Shown here piece after piece: positions 32,084-43,148 of a stretch of 64,000 nt of DNA (its first letter is position 1; every line of letters begins with the position of its first letter). The DNA is from Methanocaldococcus sp. 16A (GTDB lineage Archaea > AGJL01 > Methanococci > Methanococcales > Methanocaldococcaceae), in the NCBI GenBank assembly GCA_049860595.1, contig CP187551.1; one strand, written 5' to 3'. The position numbers were made by a program, and so were the translations under genes. Under the pieces are notes generated by a model that worked only from the letters and a program-made list of their open reading frames with translations, was not told where the DNA came from and ran no database searches.

Positions 32084-33163
32084 TTATTTCAATCTCTGAG
32101 AAATCCATTCTTTTAAAGTTCCTTTAACTACATAAGGTGTTTTTTTAAGCTCTTCAATATTCTCAGCTCCAACTAAAAACATTGTCATCTTTAATTCTTT
32201 TATGTAATTTTCTAAAACTTTAACAATTTCTTCCCATCCCTTTAAAGATGCTTTCAATATAGGTAGAGCAACAGCACAACAATCACAGCCAATTGCTATA
32301 CACTTAGCTATATCTAAGCCTCCTCTTATGCCCCCAGAACCAATAACTATGCCATCATACACACTTTTTACTTCAAATATTGATGCAGCTGTAGGAATTC
32401 CCCAATTAGTAAATTTTTTTACTAAATTTTTAATGTTTTCATCTTTAACTCTATAGGTCTCAACCTTTGCCCATGAAGTGCCTCCGCTTCCTTGGATGTC
32501 AATTGCATCAAAGCCAATATTTTTTAAAATTAACGCATCTTCTTTTGAAAATCCTTCTCCAACCTGTTTAGCAATAAATGGAATATTTTTATAGCCTTTT
32601 TTGTAATTTGAAATAACTTCTTTAAGTTTATAGAGATTTTTAAAGTTTAAATCACCTTCTGGCTGTATAACTTCTTGTAATGGGTTGAAATGAATGGCAA
32701 TAGCATCGGCATCTATCATCTCAACAGCTTTGTCAATTATCTCTTCATCCCAATCATCAACTATAAAGTTAACTGCTCCTAAGTTACCTATAATTAAATT
32801 GTTTGTATAATCTCTAACAACGCTATATGTTTCTATCAAATCTTCATTAACAATAGCTGCCCTTTGAGAACCTACGCCCATCCCTAAGCCAAGTTCTTCA
32901 ACTGCCTTAGCGATATTTTTATTTATTTCCTTTGCCTTGCTATGCCCTCCAGTCATACCAGAAACAATAATTGGGGCAGATAAATGTTTTCCAAATAATT
33001 CTATTTCTGTATCTATGTCATCAAAATTAATCCCACAGATTCCTTTATGTATTAGCTCAATATCCTCTAATAAGGTTGTTTTTTCATATTCAACATCGCA
33101 GTAACTACATAAAAATATATGTTCTAATTTTCTAACTTCAATCTCATTTCCATTATTAACCAT
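32084..33163 (-). CDS. fni: Type 2 isopentenyl-diphosphate delta-isomerase
   Basis: RK.EH, MTGG, GVGSQR, H.NPLQE..QPEG and GGTSW motifs. Confidence 0.95.
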   Translation of the reverse strand: MVNNGNEIEVRKLEHIFLCSYCDVEYEKTTLLEDIELIHKGICGINFDDIDTEIELFGKHLSAPIIVSGMTGGHSKAKEINKNIAKAVEELGLGMGVGSQRAAIVNEDLIETYSVVRDYTNNLIIGNLGAVNFIVDDWDEEIIDKAVEMIDADAIAIHFNPLQEVIQPEGDLNFKNLYKLKEVISNYKKGYKNIPFIAKQVGEGFSKEDALILKNIGFDAIDIQGSGGTSWAKVETYRVKDENIKNLVKKFTNWGIPTAASIFEVKSVYDGIVIGSGGIRGGLDIAKCIAIGCDCCAVALPILKASLKGWEEIVKVLENYIKELKMTMFLVGAENIEELKKTPYVVKGTLKEWISQRLK

Positions 33164-33251
33164 AATTTCACCAAATTACTATATAAATATTTGCTCCTCT
33201 CTGTGAAAATTTTTAATTACAAATTGAAAATAAACATTTAAAAAAGTTAGT

Positions 33252-33290
33252 ATAGGACTTCTGCAGTATATATATTTAGTAATGAAAATT
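33252..33290. repeat. Partial MITE-like repeat (one end)
   Basis: ATAGGACTTCTGCAGTATATATATTTAGTAATGAAAAT matches the end of the 38709 copy. Confidence 0.7.
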
Positions 33291-33362
33291 GCTATTAAAA
33301 ATCTAAAAAAAAGATATAAAATAAAAAAATACAAATAAAAAAATTGAATTTAATCTAATGAT

Positions 33363-34250
33363 TTATTCTATTCCTAATTTCTTTAAAACTGGGTCTACTG
33401 GGATTGCGTGAACGCTAACAGCTAACTCTTCTGGTTTCATTCCAAATGCTAAACCTAACAACTGGCTTAAGTGTAAAACTGGCAACTTGTATTCTTCACC
33501 AAACTTCTCCTTAATTTCGATTTGTCCTCTATCAAACTGTAAGTGACAGAATGGACAGACATTAACTATACAGTCAGCATTAACCTCCAACATATTTCTT
33601 ATTTTTTCTCTTGTCATGTCTAATGCTGTTTGTAAGAATCTTGCTCTAACCCCTCCTCCAGCTCCACAGCACATTAAGTAATCTTTATACTTAACTGGCT
33701 TAGCTCCTGTTGCAGCAACAATATCCTCTAATAATGTTGGTCTTTCTGGACTGTCAAGATGCTTAACATCACTTGGTTTTAAGAAGTGGCATCCGTAGTG
33801 AATAGCGACATTTAAATTGTTTAATGGTTTAACAACCTTTTCTTTAATCTTTTCAGTACCAATCTCTTTATAGATTAATTCAGCAAAGTGTAAAACCTTG
33901 ACAGTTCCCTTGTATTGCTTACCAATCTTGTCTAATTTTTCATTTACAAAGTCTAATGCCTCTTTATTTTCATGTAATATATGAGCTGCCTCAAACAAAG
34001 AACCATAACATCCATTACATACGGTTACAATATCTAACCCCATCTCTTCAGCAATGCATAAGTTCCTTGCTGCTAAAGTTAGCCATGTTTTTTGGTCGAA
34101 TGAACCAAAAACTCCAGGAGCTGGACAACATGATGCTCCAGGCATGTATTCTAACTCAACTCCTAACTCTTCCATAACCTTTTTTGTGGCCAACTCAACT
34201 CCAGGGTATCTGTGTGGCATGATACATCCTAAGAAGAATGCATATTTCAT
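33363..34250 (-). CDS. hdrB: CoB-CoM heterodisulfide reductase subunit B
   Basis: FFLGC, SCCPAPG, HYGCH, CCGAGGG and CPFC (CCG domains). Confidence 0.96.
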   Translation of the reverse strand: MKYAFFLGCIMPHRYPGVELATKKVMEELGVELEYMPGASCCPAPGVFGSFDQKTWLTLAARNLCIAEEMGLDIVTVCNGCYGSLFEAAHILHENKEALDFVNEKLDKIGKQYKGTVKVLHFAELIYKEIGTEKIKEKVVKPLNNLNVAIHYGCHFLKPSDVKHLDSPERPTLLEDIVAATGAKPVKYKDYLMCCGAGGGVRARFLQTALDMTREKIRNMLEVNADCIVNVCPFCHLQFDRGQIEIKEKFGEEYKLPVLHLSQLLGLAFGMKPEELAVSVHAIPVDPVLKKLGIE

Positions 34251-34281
34251 CTTATCACCAAATTTTATTATTTTATTTATT

Positions 34282-34842
34282 TTATTCCTTTAAGTCCATT
34301 TTTTCCCAGTCAAATCCAATCAATTCATCAAACTCTAACTCTTTAATTAATGTTCTAACTTCTTCCAAGTCTTTTTCACTGAATTGAGCTGTTGGTGACT
34401 TTGCAGGTAATCCAAGTTTTCCTCTCAATTCAACAATCTCTTTGTTTGCAGGAACTGCATGTCCAAATCTTAAAACATAAGAAGCAGTTTTTCTATGTGC
34501 TAAAGCCATGTTTCCTTTTTGAGCTGCAATATTTCTTAATGTTTTTATTATCTCTGTTATTTTAACATCTCTTGGACATCTTTCGTAGCATGTATAACAG
34601 GTTGTGCAATACCAAATATCATCAGAATCTAAGACATCATCCAAACCTAATAAAACCTTTCTTAAAACTTTTCTTGTTCTGTAAGCTGTTCTTCTTCCAC
34701 TTGGGCAGCTACCAGTGCAAGTCCCACATTGGTAACATGCTTTAATTGATTTTACAACATCTTCTCCTAAAACCAACTTTCCTGCTTCAATAACTTCATT
34801 TACAAAGTTTTTATTTACTTCATCCAACTTTATTACTGCCAT
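34282..34842 (-). CDS. hdrC: Heterodisulfide reductase subunit C
   Basis: [13 protein letters not shown] and [15 protein letters not shown] motifs. Confidence 0.96.
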   Translation of the reverse strand: MAVIKLDEVNKNFVNEVIEAGKLVLGEDVVKSIKACYQCGTCTGSCPSGRRTAYRTRKVLRKVLLGLDDVLDSDDIWYCTTCYTCYERCPRDVKITEIIKTLRNIAAQKGNMALAHRKTASYVLRFGHAVPANKEIVELRGKLGLPAKSPTAQFSEKDLEEVRTLIKELEFDELIGFDWEKMDLKE

Positions 34843-34964
34843 AGTATCACCTCACATTATGGTTTGGAATGATTATATATATAGTTAGAAACTTCGAATG
34901 TTAGTATTAGACACTTGTAAAATACCTTACTATAAATAAACTTTTAAAATTAAAAGAGAAATAA

Positions 34965-35042
34965 ATAGGACTTTCGCAGGAATAAATTTTTAAAGGCATC
35001 TTAATTCCAAAATAGTAAATATATGAAGTGCGAAAATCCTAT
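34965..35042. repeat. Palindromic MITE-like repeat (78 bp, internally deleted)
   Basis: ATAGGACTTTCGCAGG...GTGCGAAAATCCTAT with only half of the internal hairpin (AAAGGCATC). Confidence 0.85.
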
Positions 35043-35101
35043 TTAAAAACATGAAGATTAATTTTATTTAAATTATTTTTAATAAAATTAAAGGGGATTG
35101 G

Positions 35102-36421
35102 ATGAGAATCACAATTTACAGTCCAGATGTTTATACCTATGGCTCTATGCTTATTGGTGGAATCCTAAAAAATAAAGGTTATAGTGTTTATTTAGTTAGA
35201 AAAATAGATAAAACACTATTTTTAAAGTCAGATGTTGTTATATTTAGCTTATATTCAACTTTGCATATATTGGATAAAAACATTAGAGAAACAATAGATT
35301 TTATAAAAAAAGTAAGAAAAAATAAAACCAAAGTTTATATTGCTGGATGTGTTTCAGCTTATCCAGAGATTATTTTAAATGAACTAAATGTAGATGGGGT
35401 TATAGTTGGAGAGGGAGAGATAACAACACCAAAAATTATTGAAGGAGATAAGGAAGGCTTAGCTTATAGAGATGGAGATAAGATAGTAATAAATTACCCA
35501 AAAGAAAAACCTGAGCTAAATCATCCTCTCCCATTGATACCAAAGGATATAGGGCAACAATCAGTTAGGGGGGCTAATGTTTATATTGAAACGCACAGAG
35601 GATGTTTAGGAAATTGCACATTTTGTCAAGTTCCAAAGTTTTTTGGAAAGAATATTAGGAGTAGAGAGGTTGAGGATGTTGTTGAAGAAGTTAAGGCATT
35701 CAAAAGATATGGAGCAAAAAGAATAGCAATAAGTGGAGGGACTGGAAGTTTATATGCCTTCAAAAAATCAGTAAATAGAAATAAGTTTTTTGAGCTTTTG
35801 GAAAAGATATCTGAGATTGTTGGTAAAAACAATTTATCAGTTCCAGATATGAGAGTTGACTATGTTGATGAGGATATATTAGAGGCTATAAAGAATTACA
35901 CAATTGGATGGGTGTTTTATGGAATTGAAAGTGGAAGTAATAAAATTTTAAGAGATATGAAAAAAGGAACTAATAGGGAAAAAAATTTAGATGCAATAAA
36001 ATTAGCAAAGGACTGTGGAGTTAAAGTTGGAGGAAGTTTTATAGTAGCATATCCAACAGAGACAGAGATGGATTATCTATTAACTAAAGATTTCATTGTA
36101 GATGCTGAACTCGACGATATTTTTGTTTCCATTGCTGAGCCAATTCCTACAACAGAGCTGTGTAATTTAGTTTTATCTATGCCAAAGGAAGAAAATTTAC
36201 TTTATAAGGTTCATGAAGGTGAATATAAAAAACTTGGATTGAGTGAAGCAGAAGCAAGATGTTTTGATTTGTTAATTCATGCTGAAATGTGGAAATCTAT
36301 GCCGAGACCACTAACTCCTCAACTGTATAATTTATATTTAAATGAAGCAAAGATGCAGGGAAAAGATATAAGAGCTATAATTGAATTACTATTTAAGTAT
36401 AAAAACTTGTTAATTAAATAG
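35102..36421 (+). CDS. mgmA: B12-binding radical SAM protein, MJ0865 family; probable MCR glutamine C-methyltransferase
   Basis: YIETHRGCLGNCTFC motif, N-terminal cobalamin-binding-like GEGE region, GIESGS. Functional label is recalled from the MJ0865 family. Confidence 0.7.
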   Translation: MRITIYSPDVYTYGSMLIGGILKNKGYSVYLVRKIDKTLFLKSDVVIFSLYSTLHILDKNIRETIDFIKKVRKNKTKVYIAGCVSAYPEIILNELNVDGVIVGEGEITTPKIIEGDKEGLAYRDGDKIVINYPKEKPELNHPLPLIPKDIGQQSVRGANVYIETHRGCLGNCTFCQVPKFFGKNIRSREVEDVVEEVKAFKRYGAKRIAISGGTGSLYAFKKSVNRNKFFELLEKISEIVGKNNLSVPDMRVDYVDEDILEAIKNYTIGWVFYGIESGSNKILRDMKKGTNREKNLDAIKLAKDCGVKVGGSFIVAYPTETEMDYLLTKDFIVDAELDDIFVSIAEPIPTTELCNLVLSMPKEENLLYKVHEGEYKKLGLSEAEARCFDLLIHAEMWKSMPRPLTPQLYNLYLNEAKMQGKDIRAIIELLFKYKNLLIK

Positions 36422-36429
36422 GTGAAAAG

Positions 36430-36819
36430 ATGTGCATATTCTGCAAAATAGTTAATGGCGAGATTCCAGCAAAGGTTGTTTATGAAGATGATAATGTCTT
36501 AGCTTTCTTAGATATAAATCCAAGAAATAAAGGGCATACTTTAGTTATTCCAAAAAAGCATTATGAAAGATTTGATGAAATGCCTGATGATGAGCTTTGC
36601 AATTTTATGAAAGGAGTTAAGAAGACAGTTGAGGTATTAAAAAAATTAGGTTTTGATGGATACAACATAGTTAATAACAATGGAAAAGCTGCTGGGCAGG
36701 AGGTTAATCATGTTCATTTCCACATTATCCCAAGATATGAAGGAGATGGAGATGTAGTTAAATTTGGTGAAATTAAAAAAGTTGATTTAGATGAAGTTTT
36801 AAAAGAGATTAAATATTGA
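36430..36819 (+). CDS. HIT family hydrolase
   Basis: CIFC, GHTLVIPK and HVHFHIIPR motifs. Confidence 0.95.
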   Translation: MCIFCKIVNGEIPAKVVYEDDNVLAFLDINPRNKGHTLVIPKKHYERFDEMPDDELCNFMKGVKKTVEVLKKLGFDGYNIVNNNGKAAGQEVNHVHFHIIPRYEGDGDVVKFGEIKKVDLDEVLKEIKY

Positions 36820-36906
36820 AGCCAAAGGCTTCAAAGTACCTTAATAGATTTTTAAAATGCATTCAACCTGTTATACCTTTAAAAATTTATTCATGCGAAA
36901 GCCTAT
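36816..36906. repeat. Partial MITE-like repeat between convergent genes
   Basis: Hairpin TTGAAGCC-AAA-GGCTTCAA plus right TIR TGCGAAAGCCTAT. Confidence 0.75.
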
Positions 36907-38156
36907 TAGGGAATAAGCTCTCCTCTCAAACCAAATGTCTTAGCATCAGTGATTTTTACTTTTCTAAACTCTCCAATATCTCCTCCTTCAAACTTAACTA
37001 CTTTGAAATTGTCAGTATAACCTTTTCCTCCATTTAAAACTAAAACTCTCATAGTTTTTCCAATGTACTTTTTATTGTTTAAATAGCTCAATTCTCTTCT
37101 CAATTTATCCAACATTTCACTTCTTCTTTTCCTAATTTTTGTGTCTATTTGCTTCATTTTTGCAGCTTCTGTTCCTCTCCTTTGGGAATACTTAGCCCCA
37201 TGGATATAATCTGGCTTTAATTCTTTTAAGATTTCTAATGTATTTTGAAACTGCTCTTCTGTTTCTCCAGGGAATCCAACAATTATATCTGTTGTAAAGC
37301 AAAGATTTTTAACTTTTCTTCTAAATTCATTAACAATTTCTTTAAATTCATCTACTGTATATCCTCTCTTCATTTTATTTAGAATTTCATCATCTCCACT
37401 TTGTAAAGGGAGATGTAAAAATTTTCCAACTTTCTCATTTTGATAGGCTTCTATAAGCTCATCCAATATTGGCTGGACATTTTTTGCATGCATCATTCCA
37501 ACTCTCATTATAAATTCTCCGTCTATTTGGGATAAATCATTCAACAAATTAGCTAAGTTATCTCCAATATCAAAACCATAACATGCAGTGTCTTGGGCGG
37601 TTATAAATAAGCATTTAACTCCTTTACTTATCAACTCTTTGGCTTTATTAACGATTTTTTCCCTTGGATAGGATATTAAATGTCCTCTCGCTATTTTTAC
37701 AATACAATAAGAACAATCCCCTAAACAGCCCTCGCATATTGGTAGTGGTGTAATTAAAGAAGGTTTTAAGTAATCTAACTTTCTATAGAGTGTTTTATTA
37801 ATTTCTTCTTCAGCATATGTTGTTCTTTTATTCTTTTCAATATAATCTCTCAATATTTCTCCAGCTCTATGGGATTCTCTTGGATATATGTGTAAAAATC
37901 CATTAACCTTATTCTTTAAAGCTTTTGGTAAACATCCTGCAACTACAACGTCTTTTCCTAAATTTTTAATCTCATTTATTCTGTAAATCATTCTATTTTC
38001 AGTTTCTAATCTAACGACACATGTGTTTATTATTACAATATCAGCCTCATCTAAGCTATTAACTAATTCAAAACCATATTCTTTTAAAGAATTCTTTATA
38101 ATTTCAGTGTCCGCAGTATTTAATACGCAACCATAACCTTCAACATAAACCCTCAT
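36906..38156 (-). CDS. mtaB: MiaB-like tRNA t6A37 methylthiotransferase (archaeal MtaB type)
   Basis: UPF0004 domain (YGC..N, NTC.V, GC), radical SAM GCLGDCSYC, DIIVGFPGET and TRAM domain. Confidence 0.85.
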   Translation of the reverse strand: MRVYVEGYGCVLNTADTEIIKNSLKEYGFELVNSLDEADIVIINTCVVRLETENRMIYRINEIKNLGKDVVVAGCLPKALKNKVNGFLHIYPRESHRAGEILRDYIEKNKRTTYAEEEINKTLYRKLDYLKPSLITPLPICEGCLGDCSYCIVKIARGHLISYPREKIVNKAKELISKGVKCLFITAQDTACYGFDIGDNLANLLNDLSQIDGEFIMRVGMMHAKNVQPILDELIEAYQNEKVGKFLHLPLQSGDDEILNKMKRGYTVDEFKEIVNEFRRKVKNLCFTTDIIVGFPGETEEQFQNTLEILKELKPDYIHGAKYSQRRGTEAAKMKQIDTKIRKRRSEMLDKLRRELSYLNNKKYIGKTMRVLVLNGGKGYTDNFKVVKFEGGDIGEFRKVKITDAKTFGLRGELIP

Positions 38157-38278
38157 ATCTATCACCACAATATAAATTGTATAATCATATATTTAAATGT
38201 TTAGGTTATATATTATTTATAATCATATCTAAGCTTTAGAAAAATAAAATAGCATATTGCATAATTAAGTTTATAAGT

Positions 38279-38662
38279 TTATTCAATCAACTCAGAAAAT
38301 AGCTTTATAATATCTTTTGAGCTTAAAACACCAACAATTTTGTCTTCACATGGTGATTTAACATATAAGTGATGTATTCCTTTCTCAGCCATAATCTCAA
38401 TAGCTTTCTCCAATGGAGCTTCGGGGCTAACTGTTATAGGATTTACTGTCATTATTTCTTCTGCTGTTTTATTTAGTTCATGATAATGTTTTAATATATC
38501 TGTGTCAGTTATAATTCCCCAAAATCTTTCTCCATCAGAAACTACAACAGATGATATGTCATATTTTGCCATTGTTTTAATAACATCGCATAACTTTGTA
38601 TCTAAGGTTACTTCAACAATACCTTTTTTCATCACATCTCTAACCAAATATTTTGATATCAT
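38279..38662 (-). CDS. CBS domain pair protein
   Basis: VRDVM..., [14 protein letters not shown] and VGVLS..D motifs. Confidence 0.9.
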   Translation of the reverse strand: MISKYLVRDVMKKGIVEVTLDTKLCDVIKTMAKYDISSVVVSDGERFWGIITDTDILKHYHELNKTAEEIMTVNPITVSPEAPLEKAIEIMAEKGIHHLYVKSPCEDKIVGVLSSKDIIKLFSELIE

Positions 38663-38708
38663 ATTTACACCCCCATAATTATACTTATTTCTTGAGGTTT
38701 TTATTCTT

Positions 38709-38801
38709 TTAGGACTTTCGCAGTATATATATTGAGTAATGAAAATATGATGTCAAAGGCATCAAAATGCCTTTCAGTATTTATACCTGTGAAAGTCCTA
38801 T
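38709..38801. repeat. Palindromic MITE-like repeat (full length, opposite orientation)
   Basis: TAGGACTTTCGCAG...CTGTGAAAGTCCTAT; internal TGATGTC-AAA-GGCATCA. Confidence 0.85.
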
Positions 38802-38946
38802 TTAATTACAATAATAAAAATTTTTATATAGTTAAATATAAAAGTTTATCTATGACAAGTTTCATATATTCCTTTAGCAATATCATTTATTATCATTCAA
38901 TTTATCCATATATTAACAATCATAAATTCATGCTCATGGTGATATA

Positions 38947-39909
38947 ATGGATGATTTAACTCAACTACCTGGTGTAGGTCCTTCAACAGCAGAGAAGTTA
39001 AAAGAAGCTGGTTACACTGACTTTATGAAAATTGCTACTGCAACAATTGGTGAATTAACAGAAATAGATGGAATTAGTGAAAAAGCCGCCGCAAAAATTA
39101 TAGAAGCCGCGAGAGAACTATGTAATTTAGGATTTAAAAGTGGTAGTGAAATTTTAACTCAAAGAAAAAATATATGGAAACTCTCAACTGGAAGTAAAAA
39201 CTTAGATGAAATTTTAGGAGGAGGTTTGGAAAGTCAGTCAGTTACAGAATTTGCAGGGATGTTTGGTTCTGGTAAAACCCAGATAGCTCATCAAGCATGT
39301 GTTAATTTACAATGTCCAGAGAGAATAATTGCTGATGATGCTATAAAGGAAGAGATTTTAAATGAACCAAAGGCAGTTTATATTGACACAGAAGGGACAT
39401 TCAGACCAGAAAGAATTATCCAAATGGCAGAAACATTAGGTTTAGATGGAAAAGAAGTTTTAAACAATATTTTGGTTGCAAGAGCTTATAACTCAGATAT
39501 GCAGATGCTTTATGCAGAAAACGTTGAGAACTTGATAAGAGAAGGGCATAACATAAAGTTAATTATAGTAGATTCATTAACATCAACATTTAGAACTGAA
39601 TATGTAGGGAGAGGAAAATTAGCAGAGAGGCAGCAGAAATTAGGTAGACATATGGCTACACTCAATAAATTAGCTGATTTATACAACTGTGTTGTTATAG
39701 TAACAAACCAGGTAGCTGCAAGACCAGACGCCTTATTTGGAGCTTCAGAACAGGCAATAGGTGGACATATAGTTGGACATGCTGCAACATTTAGGATATT
39801 CTTAAGAAAGGCAAAAGGAGATAAAAGAGTAGCTAAGTTATATGACTCTCCACACTTACCAGATGCTGAAGCAATGTTTAGAATAACAGAGAAAGGGATT
39901 CATGATTAA
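38947..39909 (+). CDS. radA: DNA repair and recombination protein RadA
   Basis: N-terminal Hh[27 protein letters not shown] and GRGKLAERQ motifs; no intein. Confidence 0.98.
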   Translation: MDDLTQLPGVGPSTAEKLKEAGYTDFMKIATATIGELTEIDGISEKAAAKIIEAARELCNLGFKSGSEILTQRKNIWKLSTGSKNLDEILGGGLESQSVTEFAGMFGSGKTQIAHQACVNLQCPERIIADDAIKEEILNEPKAVYIDTEGTFRPERIIQMAETLGLDGKEVLNNILVARAYNSDMQMLYAENVENLIREGHNIKLIIVDSLTSTFRTEYVGRGKLAERQQKLGRHMATLNKLADLYNCVVIVTNQVAARPDALFGASEQAIGGHIVGHAATFRIFLRKAKGDKRVAKLYDSPHLPDAEAMFRITEKGIHD

Positions 39910-40001
39910 TTAAATTTTTTCTTTTTTATTTTTTATATAAAATAATCTAAAAATCTAAATTTAAAAATAAAAAATAAAATAAAAATATAAAAAAATTTAA
40001 T

Positions 40002-41864
40002 TTAGGCAGATTCTTTTTTCATTAATTCCATAACCTCCTCTAAGAACGTTTCTTGTCCTACTCTTTTCATAACTGCAGCTAATCTTTCTCTCTGTGGTTT
40101 CTTAGCGTATTTGTCATAAACAACCAATACTTTATCTATTAAGTTAAGTATTTCATCAACACTGTTCATCTTCATGCTGATTCCTTCAACAACTTCTCTT
40201 CCTGTTTTACCTCCAACATAGACCATAAATCCTTCTTCTTTAACGATTCTTGCCTCATTAGGACATGCTTTTATACATTTTCCGCATCCAACACAGATAT
40301 TGTAGTTAGTATAGGAAGTTTCTCCTCTTATATAAATTGCTTCAACTTTACAAACCTCAAAGCATCTTCCACAACCGTTACATTTTTCCTCATCAACATC
40401 AGGGAATTTAACTCCTGCTATACCAATATCATGTACTTGTGGTCTTACACACTTGTTTGGACATCCACTAATTGCAATTTTGAATTTGTATGGGGCTGGT
40501 CTTTCTTTGAATTTATCTTCAATGATTTTACAGAGTTCTGTTGTATCTATTAAACCACTACCACAGTTTCCAGCTCCAGGACATGCCAATGTGGCTCTAA
40601 CTAATGGTCCTTCTGAACCAGTTATTAATCCTTTTTCATTTAACTCTAAGACGATATCTTCAACATCAAATCCACTAATGCCGTGGAGTTCATAAGCACC
40701 TCTATCAGTTATCTTTATCTTAGCATTGTATTTTTCAGCAATATCTAAGATTTCTTTTATTTCTTCAACAGTGTACCATCCAGCAGGCTTTGCTCTAATT
40801 CTTATGAAGTAAGTTCCGTCTGCTCTCTTTCCGACTCCACCATAATCAGCTGTCCAGTAGAATGAAATGAATTCATTATTTTCCTTTCTTCTCTCAACTT
40901 CTTTCTTAAATCTCTTTAATTTCATCTGTCTTAACTTCTCAATTGCTTCTAAATTAACCCCTTCTTTTAATTCAACAGCATTTTTAATCTCTTCCCCTTT
41001 CTCAGTTCTTATTATGACTGTTGAATAACCATCAGGACTTCCAACACATCCAACTGAAACATCAGCCATGCTTGCATCAAAATCTCTACACATTTTACAT
41101 CCTGGGCAGATTTCAAACTCTTTTAAGTCAATTTCTTTCTTTTCTCCATTTATATAAACAAGTAATTTTCCTTTCTTAATATCAAACTTCTCAACTTTCT
41201 CAATGTCTATTCCATGCTTTGCTAAAACTTCTTTCATGTTGTCATATCTAAATTTCTCAGTACAGAATAATCCTATGAGATATTCAATTTTTGGTAATTT
41301 AGCTGGTTTTCCATTCTTTCCGAGTTCTCCATCGTGCTTTGCTAAGTATGGGAAGTATTGTAGTTTTCTTAAACCATTAATTTGGCATGGTAATCCAACG
41401 ACTGCAACTTTCTCTAATCCCATTTCTCCAGCTTTTCTTAATGCATCTAAAGTTGAGACAGCATATTTTGATTTTGCAGTTTTTAATAAATCCTCTGCAT
41501 TTTGGACAACTAATGAAACTGGTTTCCAGCACTCATCTCCAACAACAATAGCTCCATCAATTTTTCCATTTTCTAATAAGTATTTTAGGAATGCTGTTAC
41601 AACTCCACCATCTTGTCCTTCAATATCACTTTTTCCATAGTAATATTCTTCCTTAAACTTCTCTCTGATTTTTATTTGGTATTTTCCTGATGAAACTCTT
41701 GGACAAACATCATAACACATTCCATGACCTTTTCTTAAACACTCATCTATTAACTTTGGTCTCTCATCAAAAGTTAATATACTATTAGGACATACTATAG
41801 TACAGGTACCACATCTTGCACATATCCCACTATCGACTATTTGGTTTAACTTCCACTCATACAT
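40002..41864 (-). CDS. fsr: Coenzyme F420-dependent sulfite reductase
   Basis: N-terminal FrhB/FqoF-like half (GQDGGVVT, VGLPCQ) fused to a Dsr-like half (CPG..NC, SGCPNKC siroheme motif, ferredoxin). Confidence 0.93.
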   Translation of the reverse strand: MYEWKLNQIVDSGICARCGTCTIVCPNSILTFDERPKLIDECLRKGHGMCYDVCPRVSSGKYQIKIREKFKEEYYYGKSDIEGQDGGVVTAFLKYLLENGKIDGAIVVGDECWKPVSLVVQNAEDLLKTAKSKYAVSTLDALRKAGEMGLEKVAVVGLPCQINGLRKLQYFPYLAKHDGELGKNGKPAKLPKIEYLIGLFCTEKFRYDNMKEVLAKHGIDIEKVEKFDIKKGKLLVYINGEKKEIDLKEFEICPGCKMCRDFDASMADVSVGCVGSPDGYSTVIIRTEKGEEIKNAVELKEGVNLEAIEKLRQMKLKRFKKEVERRKENNEFISFYWTADYGGVGKRADGTYFIRIRAKPAGWYTVEEIKEILDIAEKYNAKIKITDRGAYELHGISGFDVEDIVLELNEKGLITGSEGPLVRATLACPGAGNCGSGLIDTTELCKIIEDKFKERPAPYKFKIAISGCPNKCVRPQVHDIGIAGVKFPDVDEEKCNGCGRCFEVCKVEAIYIRGETSYTNYNICVGCGKCIKACPNEARIVKEEGFMVYVGGKTGREVVEGISMKMNSVDEILNLIDKVLVVYDKYAKKPQRERLAAVMKRVGQETFLEEVMELMKKESA

Positions 41865-41881
41865 TTTTTCACCAGTAAATA

Positions 41882-41965
41882 TGTGATTATATTATTCACA
41901 CTTTAGTTTATGTAACTTAGCTATATATAAAGCTTACTAATGTGTGCATGAATTACGCACACATT
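41882..41965 (-). promoter_or_regulatory. fsr promoter: TATA box (41921-41931) flanked by two palindromic TGTG-N11-CACA sites
   Basis: TGTGA-N9-TCACA at 41882-41900, AATGTGTGC-N9-GCACACATT at 41939-41965, and minus-strand TTTATATA between them. Confidence 0.6.
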
Positions 41966-42093
41966 GATTTATCTCAAAAAATAATAATATATATTTACAT
42001 TTTACACTATAAAAAGATGTTGATTTTTTAATGATAGTTTTAGCAAACATTTTTATAATTTTTTTAAAAATTTTCTTATTTCTTTTTTAAAAC

Positions 42094-42115
42094 ATTTATT
42101 CCTGCAAAAGTTCTA
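42094..42115. repeat. Isolated TIR remnant of the MITE-like repeat
   Basis: ATTTATTCCTGCAAAAGTTCTA is close to the reverse complement of TAGGACTTTCGCAGGAATAAAT. Confidence 0.6.
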
Positions 42116-42164
42116 ATATATATTATAATATGCATAGTAGTATTATACATAATGGGTGATTATT

Positions 42165-43109
42165 GTGGATTATATTGCTTTGTTAGTAGAGAGCTTTATA
42201 ATCTCAGCATATTACTCAATAAAAATATCTATTATTGTTTTAATTACAGTTTTTATTGTAAATTACATTATGAACACTGGAATTATGAAAAAATTTAGTG
42301 AGAAGTTATCTCCAATTTTAAAAAGATTAAAGATAAATCCTATATCAATTTCATCAATTTTGGCGTGCTTTTTTAGCCCAACTGTTGGATATTCAATTTT
42401 AGCTGAAGGTTTAAAAGAGAGTAAGATAAATGAAAAAGAGATTATAGGGACATCTTTAGCAAATTCTTTCCCTTCTGTCTTGTCACATACATTCACATTT
42501 TTTATTCCAATTGTTGTACCAATCTTAGGTTGGACAGGGGTTTTGTTTGTTTTAATAAGATTAGGAGTTGCTTTAATAAAGACAATAATTGGATTTTTAT
42601 ATTTGTCAATTATATCAAAAAATTATTCTTTTGAAATGCCAAATATAAATAAAATGGATAAAAAAGAGAATGTAAAGAAATCATTTAAAAGCACTCTTAG
42701 ATTTGCTAAAAGGTTGATACCAACAATGTTCTTTATGATGACTTTAGTTGTCTATCTTTCCAAAGTAGGATTTTTTGACTATGTTGAGAAATTTGTTCAA
42801 CCAATAACCAACTTATTAAAATTAAACCCTAATGTAGGAATTTTAGCATTGACAGAGATTATGAATGTTCAAGCAGCGATAGTTATGGCTGGAGGATTTT
42901 TAAATGAGGGAATCTTAAATTCAAAAGAAGTTTTGATTGGATTAATTATTGGAAATGTTTTAACTTTTTCAAGTAGATATGCTAAACATTCTTTACCATT
43001 ACATGTCTCTCTGTTTGGAGCTAAGTTGGGGACTAAAATAGTTATGGTTAATGCGGCTATTACTTTAATGTTAGATATCTTTATAATAGTTGCATTACTA
43101 TTAATTTGA
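42165..43109 (+). CDS. Multi-pass membrane protein, nucleoside-recognition (Gate) domain-like
   Basis: Many hydrophobic helices; FFSP..GYS and NSFP..LSH motifs; start uncertain (GTG 42156 or 42165). Confidence 0.65.
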   Translation: MDYIALLVESFIISAYYSIKISIIVLITVFIVNYIMNTGIMKKFSEKLSPILKRLKINPISISSILACFFSPTVGYSILAEGLKESKINEKEIIGTSLANSFPSVLSHTFTFFIPIVVPILGWTGVLFVLIRLGVALIKTIIGFLYLSIISKNYSFEMPNINKMDKKENVKKSFKSTLRFAKRLIPTMFFMMTLVVYLSKVGFFDYVEKFVQPITNLLKLNPNVGILALTEIMNVQAAIVMAGGFLNEGILNSKEVLIGLIIGNVLTFSSRYAKHSLPLHVSLFGAKLGTKIVMVNAAITLMLDIFIIVALLLI

Positions 43110-43148
43110 CTATTAATCTCAATAATTATTAATATCAGGTGAATTTTT

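Noticed and set aside
33363-34842. hdrCB without hdrA
   Set aside because: Normal for Methanococcales, where hdrA is encoded elsewhere.
38732-38947. 71-aa ORF upstream of radA
   Set aside because: Starts with TTG inside the palindromic repeat, crosses the radA promoter region and has no RBS.
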